Assembly: GCA_035691925.1 (NCBI GenBank)
Contig: DASSIL010000164.1
Location: forward strand, 1-63,769
Length of the DNA stretch: 63,769 bases
From: Gemmatimonadales bacterium
Lineage (GTDB): Bacteria; Gemmatimonadota; Gemmatimonadetes; Gemmatimonadales; GWC2-71-9
Direction of reading: 5' to 3'
The notes under the pieces are model-generated. The model was not told the DNA's origin and searched no databases. It saw nothing but the letters and a program-made list of their open reading frames with translations. Below are positions 43,701-50,198 of this stretch, piece after piece (within the stretch, counting starts at the first letter, position 1; each line of letters opens with the position of its first letter). Position numbers and translations under genes: made by a program.

Positions 43701-44377
43701 TGTTGCCGGGATTCAGCTTCCAGATGACGCACGATCTGTGGAACGGTCAGGTTGGCCTGGACACCACGAAGTTCGACCCGTTCCTGTCGAGTCTCTCGGC
43801 GTCCTTTTCCTTGAGCCAGCGGACCTTCGCGGCCATCGGGGCTCTGATCGGACTGGGGCACCGGCCCGAGCCGGCCACGGGGGGAGCGGCACCGCCGCCT
43901 CCCGGTGCGCCGCCGGGGTCGTTTGGTCCGGGGCCGCGCGCCATGGGGGGGGGATTCGGCGGGCTGGGTGGCCTTCCGGGCGGATTCGGCGGCGGGGGCG
44001 GGCGCGGGTTCAACGTCAACGTTCAGTTCTCACTGCAGCGCACGCGCCCCAGGCAAGCGCGAACCGACTCGCTGGGCAATGTGATCGCCCTCCCCGGGTT
44101 GCAGGGCGGCAACCAGCAGATGTCGCTCAGCATGGGGTTCAGCCCGACGCCGCACTGGACGGCGTCGTGGAACACGAACTACGATTTCGAGACGAAACGG
44201 TTCCCACAGCACTACGTGCGGCTCGAGCGGGACCTGCATCGCTGGCATGCGTCATTCGCCTTCAGCCGCACGGCGAGCGGCAACTTCGCGTTCAACTTTT
44301 ACGTGGCGTTGCTCGATGAGCCGGACATCAAGTTCGATTACGATCAGCAGAGCTACCTCCACACGGTGAGCCCCTGA
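40790..44377 (+). CDS. tatC: TatC (aa 1 to ~240) fused in frame to an LptD/OstA-like outer-membrane beta-barrel protein (aa ~240-1195)
   Basis: The TatC part shows MPFLDHLEELRWRLLKS, six hydrophobic segments and LAPPDALS. Next comes the signal-peptide-like TRRRAAAAARAGAAAAALCFAFVALPRGAAAQ. The remainder has an OstA-like N-domain and the LptD signature VPIMWLPFIFNDIRPGRHSGMLVPRFG. There is no stop codon between the two parts in this assembly. An alternative TatC start is ATG 40817. Confidence 0.75.
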   Translation: MADVSNRGEMPFLDHLEELRWRLLKSLVAIVLGTLVGWVIVQRIDIIGLLTQPIAAHLPGGRLNYTSPTDPFFITLKFAFIVGVVLSSPVVVFQLWAFLAPALYEREKRMVVPSLVVGVILFLGGAAAGYFLALPHALSFLLGFQNQALQPIITADRYFAFAAQVIVAMGAVTELPLVIIILTSFGVVTPEGLRRNRRIALLFAAILAAFLAPPDALSMVVGIAVLLVFYEVGIWCAWVVTRRRAAAAARAGAAAAALCFAFVALPRGAAAQRPIVPPQRQQPRLPAQPGDTTRRDSVAGRLIDTATARKLGLPTGPTRSFPSPDAVLDTLLKLKGYRVTQYLADTLRVLGESGTIVLTGETLLDREGTKLEADTVHYRQSSCRLDAAGNPRLFDQGSQSSAPTVVVGEGMRYDTCLKRGTVLQGLTTFQQGGATWFTRANLAIDSGSTRLYGAHSNITSDERPVPGYHFAAGEMKWLNKTVMIARPTILFVNDVPIMWLPFIFNDIRPGRHSGMLVPRFGLNDLVRPTRTYQRHITNIGYYIVLNDYVDVLASADWYSGRSFGINSQMHYKWLDRFVDGRFAFSRLSQLDAAAHSDQITWYHTQSFSSRTHFSASVNYATSASVVQRNTVDPFLTVAQLSSSLNFDKRFDWGAFNLGGSMTQNLSTNLTQQNLPRVSITPAPIDLASWITWSPGFSYTNTQTFHSLNPAPLLLPNANGGVDTLARGFDNRVTDLAIGTPLRIGRWNWNNNFTIEDKASNQRVEFLISDPADSTLRHHVVYDRTFETRIDWTTGFSLPQLFPGTWHIQPGIGIANKTSAGPYMLRNQFTGGQFLQQGKRLQFSLGAAPTFFGFFPGIGPFSRVRHSVAFIMNYQYAPGAKVDPTFAHALDPTGRLLNARSDPQQTVTLGLSQTFEAKFKPAAGDTTDQPPRKLRLLTLNTSSISYNFEQAKIPGRVGWQTQTLTNTFASDLLPGFSFQMTHDLWNGQVGLDTTKFDPFLSSLSASFSLSQRTFAAIGALIGLGHRPEPATGGAAPPPPGAPPGSFGPGPRAMGGGFGGLGGLPGGFGGGGGRGFNVNVQFSLQRTRPRQARTDSLGNVIALPGLQGGNQQMSLSMGFSPTPHWTASWNTNYDFETKRFPQHYVRLERDLHRWHASFAFSRTASGNFAFNFYVALLDEPDIKFDYDQQSYLHTVSP

Positions 44378-44388
44378 TCTCCGCGCGG

Positions 44389-44406
44389 TGTCCTCGTTCG
44401 AGGACA
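44389..44406 (+). terminator. Short hairpin after the tatC-lptD ORF
   Basis: TGTCCTC-gttc-GAGGACA forms a 7-bp stem. It is followed by GTTTCCAGTT at the start of an unusually AT-rich 136-nt spacer. Confidence 0.4.
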
Positions 44407-44513
44407 GTTTCCAGTTGTCGTCTATTGATAAGCAATTAACCAACAAGCACTTAGAATCAGGCACGCCCCCTGCCGATAGAGTGGGCGATTCCGTCCTTCT
44501 CTGCGAGGTAGGT

Positions 44514-45692
44514 ATGTCGTTCCGGATCACCGTCAGTCTGGTCGCTGCAGGGCTGCTGCTCGCGGGCTGCCGCAACTATGACACGACCGGCACGGTCCCG
44601 ACCGTGTCCGCCCCGGCCAATCTCACGTATCAGCTCGACCCGAGCGGGGATCCGTCGACCCCTGGGGGGATCCTGCTGCGCTGGGACGACGTCACCGATG
44701 CGTCGCTCGCGAGCTATCGCATCTATTCGCGCGGCAGCACGAGCAGCTCCTTCGCGCTGCGCGGCGAGACGACGTCCAATACGTTCCACGATAACGGCGT
44801 GCCGCATCTGCAGTATTACGTGACCGCCACCGACGTGAACGGCGGCGAGAGCGATCCCAGCAACACCATCACCGTCGACGAGCGGTTGCAGCTCGAGAGT
44901 CCCGACTCGCTCAACTCCATCTCGCTGAACGGGGCGATTCAGCTCGACTGGACCGACAACGCGTTCCTCGCCGATCCCAACCGCTTCCAGTGGTACCGTG
45001 TCTACAGCGCGTCGTACAACCTCGACACCGGCTTCTGCGGCACCGACTGGGCGCTCGAGGGCACGACGGTGTCGCCGGAATTCGTCGCCGCGGCGCTCAC
45101 CAACGGCGTGCCGCGCTGCTTCGGGGTCTCGGCCCTCAGCGTTGAGGGCTACGAGAGTCTCTGGTCGCCGCTGCGCCAGGACACGCCGCGGCCGGACGCG
45201 CGCAACGTGCTCGTCTCGGCGTTCGAAGCCAACAGCGTCCAGTCCGGCTTCCGGTTCTGGGACGACGTCAACCAGGATGGCATCGGCCAGGCGAATGAGC
45301 TCGGCCTCGTGCAGGACGGCAGCCGCACCGACATCGATTTCTGGGTGCACCGTGCCGCCGATTCGACGCTGTGGATTGTGCCTGAGTTCTCCGGGACCTC
45401 ACTGCGGCTCTATTCCAACGCCCCGGTCGCGGATTTGACGTCCATCGACTTCGCCCCGGCGAGCGGTTACTCGCGGAACATGATTCAGGCCCAGCCCGGC
45501 TACGGGTACGTGTTCCAGATCGTGGAGGGCACCACCGTCCGCTATGCGGCGCTGCGGGTGACCCACGTCGGCCGCAGCTACCTGATCTTCGACTGGAGCC
45601 TCCAGACCGATCCCGGCAACCCCGAGCTCCTGGTGCACGGGAACCTGCCGACCTCCGTGGAGACCGGTATCATCGTGAAGGGCGCGCGGTAA
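44514..45692 (+). CDS. Lipoprotein with two fibronectin-type-III-like domains (unknown function)
   Basis: ATG 44514 is preceded by GAGGTAGG. MSFRITVSLVAAGLLLAGC is a lipobox. FN3-like units are present (PANLTYQLD...LLRWDDV...YRIYSR, and LNGAIQLDWTDN...YRVYSA). The track start at 44388 lies in the AT-rich spacer and is unlikely. Confidence 0.65.
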   Translation: MSFRITVSLVAAGLLLAGCRNYDTTGTVPTVSAPANLTYQLDPSGDPSTPGGILLRWDDVTDASLASYRIYSRGSTSSSFALRGETTSNTFHDNGVPHLQYYVTATDVNGGESDPSNTITVDERLQLESPDSLNSISLNGAIQLDWTDNAFLADPNRFQWYRVYSASYNLDTGFCGTDWALEGTTVSPEFVAAALTNGVPRCFGVSALSVEGYESLWSPLRQDTPRPDARNVLVSAFEANSVQSGFRFWDDVNQDGIGQANELGLVQDGSRTDIDFWVHRAADSTLWIVPEFSGTSLRLYSNAPVADLTSIDFAPASGYSRNMIQAQPGYGYVFQIVEGTTVRYAALRVTHVGRSYLIFDWSLQTDPGNPELLVHGNLPTSVETGIIVKGAR

Positions 45693-45715
45693 CAGCCGCC
45701 GGCGCCAGCAGGGGA

Positions 45716-45749
45716 GGGCCGGGAGCCGATATCGGCTTCCGGCCCTTCT
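45716..45749 (+). terminator. Rho-independent-type terminator after the FN3 lipoprotein gene
   Basis: GGGCCGGGAGCCGAT/ATCGGCTTCCGGCCC is a 30-nt near-perfect palindrome with one G.U position. It is followed by TTCT. Confidence 0.5.
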
Positions 45750-45775
45750 GGTCTCCCCCTACCTTCCTCACCACC

Positions 45776-47263
45776 ATGTCCGCCACCGTCACCCTCGACG
45801 GCCGCTCGCTCACGATCGCCGACGTCGTCTCGGTCGCCCGCCACGGCGCCCGGGTGGCAGTGGCTCCGGACACACGCGAACGAGTCACGGGTTCGCGGGC
45901 CCAGGTCGAAGCCGCCGTCGCTCGCGGCGACACGATGTACGGCGTCAACACCGGTTTCGGGAAGCTGGCGCATGTCCGCATCCCGCCCGACGAGCTCCGG
46001 GCGCTGCAGCTCAACCTCATCCGCAGCCACGCCTCGGGGGTGGGCGAGCCGCTGCCGGACGAGGCCGTCCGCGCGATGATGCTCTTGCGCGCCAACGTCC
46101 TGCTGATGGGGACGAGCGGCGTCCGCCCGGTCATTCCCGACACCCTCGTCGCGATGCTCAACGCCGGAGTGCACCCGACCGTCCCGTCCCAGGGGAGTGT
46201 GGGAGCCTCGGGAGATCTGGCGCCGCTCTCTCATCTCGCCCTCGCCATGATCGGGGAAGGGCCGGACGGCCACCGTCTCGCCGCGGCGAAGATCGCGGCG
46301 GTGACGCTCGAGGCCAAGGAAGGGATCGCGTTCGTCAATGGGACGCAGGCCCAGGCTGGGCTCACGGCGCTGCTGGTGCACGATGCCTGGTCCTTGTGGC
46401 ACACGGCGCACGGCGCTGCCGCCATGAGCCTCGAGGCGGTGCGGGGGACGCCGGTGCCGTTCGACGCGCGCATCCACGAGGTGCGGCCGCACCCCTACCA
46501 GCAGCGCTCCGCCGCATTGTTGCGCGACTTGCTGGCCGACAGCGCCATCCGCGAGTCGCATCGTCACGACGACCCCAGAGTACAGGACGCCTACTCGTTG
46601 CGCTGCACCCCGCAGGTGCTGGGTGCCGTGGGAGAGGGCATCGCCTTCGCGGAGCGGCTCGCCACGACGGAGCTGAATTCCGCGACGGACAATCCGCTCG
46701 TGTTCGGGGAAGACATTCTGTCGGGGGGCAACTTCCACGGACAGCCGGTCGCCCTGGCGCTCGACGTGCTCGCGATCGCCCTGGCAACGCTCGCCGGTCT
46801 GGCGGAGCGGCGGCTCGAGCGCGTGGTGAATCCCGATCTCTCCTCGGGGCTGCCCGCGTTTCTCGCCCAGCACCCCGGTCTCGATTCCGGGTTCATGACG
46901 GCCCAGATCGCAGCGGCGGCGCTGGTCGCCGATGCCCGCGTCCTCAGCACGCCGGCGAGTGTCCAGTCGATTCCGACCGAGGGTAATCAGGAAGACGTCG
47001 TCCCGATGGGGATGACGGCGGCGTGGAAGGCGCGTCGCGTTTTCGATGACGCGGCGCGGGTTGTCGCGATCGAGCTGCTCGCGGGGGCGCAGGGGCTCGA
47101 GTTCCTGAAGCCCCTTACGCCGGGGCGCGGCGTGGCGCGCCTCTACGATGTGGTGCGCCGGCTGGTCCCGGCCCTCACCGCCGATCGCCCGATGACCGAC
47201 GACATCGAGCGGGTCGTCCTGGCGATTCGCGAGGGCCGGCTCGCTCCGGAGGTGTCCCGGTGA
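45776..47263 (+). CDS. hutH: Histidine ammonia-lyase
   Basis: 495 aa. [11 protein letters not shown], the MIO-forming [14 protein letters not shown] and NQEDVVPMG match HutH. Confidence 0.95.
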   Translation: MSATVTLDGRSLTIADVVSVARHGARVAVAPDTRERVTGSRAQVEAAVARGDTMYGVNTGFGKLAHVRIPPDELRALQLNLIRSHASGVGEPLPDEAVRAMMLLRANVLLMGTSGVRPVIPDTLVAMLNAGVHPTVPSQGSVGASGDLAPLSHLALAMIGEGPDGHRLAAAKIAAVTLEAKEGIAFVNGTQAQAGLTALLVHDAWSLWHTAHGAAAMSLEAVRGTPVPFDARIHEVRPHPYQQRSAALLRDLLADSAIRESHRHDDPRVQDAYSLRCTPQVLGAVGEGIAFAERLATTELNSATDNPLVFGEDILSGGNFHGQPVALALDVLAIALATLAGLAERRLERVVNPDLSSGLPAFLAQHPGLDSGFMTAQIAAAALVADARVLSTPASVQSIPTEGNQEDVVPMGMTAAWKARRVFDDAARVVAIELLAGAQGLEFLKPLTPGRGVARLYDVVRRLVPALTADRPMTDDIERVVLAIREGRLAPEVSR

Positions 47264-48924
47264 GCGGCGCGCGGACGGTGCGGGCTCCGCGCGGGCGCGA
47301 ACGCACGTGCCGGGGCTGGGTGCAGGAGGCGGCGCTGCGGATGCTGATGAACAACCTGGACCCGGAGGTCGCGGAGCGGCCGCAGGATCTGGTCGTGTAC
47401 GGAGGGACGGGGCGCGCGGCCCGGAGCTGGGCGGCGTTCGATGCCATTGTCCGCACGCTCAAGACGCTGGGCGACGACGAAACCCTGCTCGTGCAGTCGG
47501 GGAAACCCGTCGCCGTGTTCACCACCCACCCCGACGCTCCGCGCGTGCTGATCGCCAACTCCAACCTCGTCGGGCGGTGGGCCACCTGGGAGGTGTTCCG
47601 CGACCTCGAGCGCCGCGGACTGATCATGTACGGCCAGATGACCGCGGGTTCGTGGATCTACATCGGCACGCAGGGAATCCTGCAGGGCACATTCGAAACG
47701 TTCGGCGCCGTCGCCGCGCGCCACTGGGGCGGCTCGCTCAAGGGTCGCCTGCTCGTCACCGGCGGGCTCGGGGGGATGGGCGGCGCGCAGCCGCTGGCGG
47801 CGACGATGAACGACGGCGTCTGCCTGGCGGTGGAGGTCGACCCCGCGCGCGTGCAGCGCCGGCTCGAGACGCGCTACCTCGATCGGGCGACGACGTCGCT
47901 GGACGAAGCGCTCGCCTGGTGCGCGGCGGCTCGTCAGGCGGGAACCGCGCTGTCGGTCGGGCTCGTGGGGAATTGCGCGGAAGTGCTGCCGGCGCTGGTG
48001 CAGCGCGGCGTCGTCCCCGACGTCTTGACCGATCAGACCTCGGCGCATGACACGCTCAACGGGTACGTGCCCGCGGGGGTGTCGCTCTCCGACGCCCTCA
48101 CGCTGCGCACCGCCGACCCCGCCGAGTACGTGCGGCGCGCCGTCGCGAGCATCGCCGTGCACGTCCGCGCGATGCGCGATCTGCAGCGCGCGGGCGCCGT
48201 CACGTTCGACTACGGCAACAACATACGCACCGTCGCCCGGGATGCGGGGGTGGACGACGCGTTCGCGATCCCGGGCTTCGTTCCCGAGTACATCCGCCCG
48301 CTCTTCTGCGAAGGGAAGGGCCCGTTCCGCTGGGTCGCGCTGTCGGGCGACACCAGGGATCTCGATCGCACCGATCGCCTGGTGCTCGAGCTCTTCCCCG
48401 ACAACGCGCACCTGGCCCGCTGGATCCGCCTCGCGCGGGAGCGCGTTGCGTTGCAGGGGCTCCCGGCGCGGATCTGCTGGCTGGGACAGGGGGAGCGCGC
48501 GCGGTTCGGGGTGGCGCTGAACGATCTCGTCGCCGCCGGAGAGTTATCGGCGCCGATCGTCATCGGCCGCGACCATCTCGATACGGGCAGCGTTGCCTCG
48601 CCGTTCCGCGAGACGGAAGGAATGCGCGACGGATCGGACGCGATCGCCGACTGGGCGATCCTCAACGCGCTGGTGAACACCGCCTCCGGCGCGTCCTGGG
48701 TATCGTTCCATCACGGCGGCGGCACGGGCATCGGCAATTCGCTGCACGCGGGACAGGTGATTGTCGCCGACGGGACACCCGCGGCGCGCCGGCGCCTGGA
48801 GCGCGTGTTGACCAACGATCCCGGAATCGGGGTGGCCCGCCACGCCGACGCCGGCTACCCGGAGGCGCTGACGACTGCGCGGCGCGCCGGCTTGCGGTTG
48901 CCGATGCTGGAGGCGGGCGACTGA
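47260..48924 (+). CDS. hutU: Urocanate hydratase
   Basis: GTGA overlap with hutH. 554 aa. RAPRG....[48 protein letters not shown] and [12 protein letters not shown] match HutU. Confidence 0.95.
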   Translation: MSGARTVRAPRGRERTCRGWVQEAALRMLMNNLDPEVAERPQDLVVYGGTGRAARSWAAFDAIVRTLKTLGDDETLLVQSGKPVAVFTTHPDAPRVLIANSNLVGRWATWEVFRDLERRGLIMYGQMTAGSWIYIGTQGILQGTFETFGAVAARHWGGSLKGRLLVTGGLGGMGGAQPLAATMNDGVCLAVEVDPARVQRRLETRYLDRATTSLDEALAWCAAARQAGTALSVGLVGNCAEVLPALVQRGVVPDVLTDQTSAHDTLNGYVPAGVSLSDALTLRTADPAEYVRRAVASIAVHVRAMRDLQRAGAVTFDYGNNIRTVARDAGVDDAFAIPGFVPEYIRPLFCEGKGPFRWVALSGDTRDLDRTDRLVLELFPDNAHLARWIRLARERVALQGLPARICWLGQGERARFGVALNDLVAAGELSAPIVIGRDHLDTGSVASPFRETEGMRDGSDAIADWAILNALVNTASGASWVSFHHGGGTGIGNSLHAGQVIVADGTPAARRRLERVLTNDPGIGVARHADAGYPEALTTARRAGLRLPMLEAGD

Positions 48925-50198
48925 GCCTTCTCCTGACCGGCGCGCGGGCCGTCGTGACCTGCCGCGGGCCGGCGCGCGCTCGACGCGGTGCCGAGCTGTC
49001 TCAGCTCGAGGTCCTCCATGATGCGGCAGTCCTGATCGACGGAGACCGCATCGCCTGGGTCGGGCCGCGGCGGGAGGCTCGCTCGATCAGTTCCGCAATC
49101 GAAGAAGTGGAAGTACGAGGCGTGCTCTACCCCGGATTCGTGGATTGCCACACCCACGCCGTGTTCGGGGCCCCGCGCATCGACGATCACGAGCGCCGCG
49201 CGCTGGGCGCGACTTATCAACAGATCGCCGCCCAGGGCGGGGGAATCCTGCAATCGGTCCGCGACGTGCGTGCTCGCAGCGCCGCCGAGCTGGAGGCCCT
49301 GACGCGGTCACGACTCCTCACCCTGCGGGCACACGGCAGCACCACCGTCGAAGTCAAATCGGGATACGGACTCGAGCTGGAGAGCGAGCTCAAGCAGCTG
49401 CGCGTCATCCGCCGCCTCGTCGAGACGGAGCGGTTGCAGCTCGTGCCGACGTTCCTCGGCGCCCACGAAGTGCCGGCGGAGTATCGGTCGCGACGCGCGG
49501 ATTATGTGCGACTCGTCGTCGCGGAGATGCTGCCGGCGGTCGCGCGCGAACGGCTGGCGCGCTGCTGCGACGTGTTCTGTGAGCCCGGCGTGTTCGATCC
49601 CGCGGAAACACGAGTCATTCTGAACGCCGCCCGCGCGGCAGGGCTGGCCCTCAAACTCCACGCGGACGAGCTCGAAGGCTCGGAGGGAGCAGTGCTGGCA
49701 GTCGAGCTCGGCGCGCTCTCGGCGGATCACCTCGCGAGTATCTCGGATGCCGGGATTCGCGCGCTCGGCGCGAGCGACACCGTTGCCGTGCTGCTTCCGG
49801 CGACGATGAGTTTCCTCGGTCGCCACCGTCAGGCGCCGGCGCGACGCCTGATCGAAGCAAATGCCGCAGTGGCCCTCGCGACCGACTTCAACCCAGGTTC
49901 CTCTCCCACTCCTGGTCTGCCATTGGTGATGAGCCTCGCCGTCTCGCAGCTCGGTCTGCGGCACGCCGAGGCGCTGATCGCCTCCACGGTGAACGCCGCC
50001 GCGGCTCTCGGCCTGGCCGGTGATCGCGGCCAGATCGCGCCGGGGTTCGCTGCCGATCTCGTGGCGTGCGACGTGTCGGACTGGCGGGAAGTGGCGTATT
50101 GGGTGGGGGCAAACCTCGTAACCGCCGTCTGGACAGCGGGTTTCGCTTGTCCGGTCTCGCCACCCCCGGTATCTTTGGGCATCCATGTCGAAGCTTGA
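48921..50198 (+). CDS. hutI: Imidazolonepropionase (probable CTG start)
   Basis: [14 protein letters not shown] and the HADE...LSADHL metal ligands match HutI. The conserved N-terminal strand (L)[12 protein letters not shown] lies upstream of the first canonical start (GTG 48954). CTG 48921 overlaps the hutU TGA. Confidence 0.8.
   Translation: MSLLLTGARAVVTCRGPARARRGAELSQLEVLHDAAVLIDGDRIAWVGPRREARSISSAIEEVEVRGVLYPGFVDCHTHAVFGAPRIDDHERRALGATYQQIAAQGGGILQSVRDVRARSAAELEALTRSRLLTLRAHGSTTVEVKSGYGLELESELKQLRVIRRLVETERLQLVPTFLGAHEVPAEYRSRRADYVRLVVAEMLPAVARERLARCCDVFCEPGVFDPAETRVILNAARAAGLALKLHADELEGSEGAVLAVELGALSADHLASISDAGIRALGASDTVAVLLPATMSFLGRHRQAPARRLIEANAAVALATDFNPGSSPTPGLPLVMSLAVSQLGLRHAEALIASTVNAAAALGLAGDRGQIAPGFAADLVACDVSDWREVAYWVGANLVTAVWTAGFACPVSPPPVSLGIHVEA

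Noticed and set aside
41756-43861. 701-aa minus-strand ORF, plus the 262-372-aa alternative-frame + ORFs inside the LptD-like region
   Set aside because: They overlap the LptD-like coding frame, which has a clear LptD signature and beta-strand periodicity. The alternatives are Arg/Pro/Gly-rich with no motifs.
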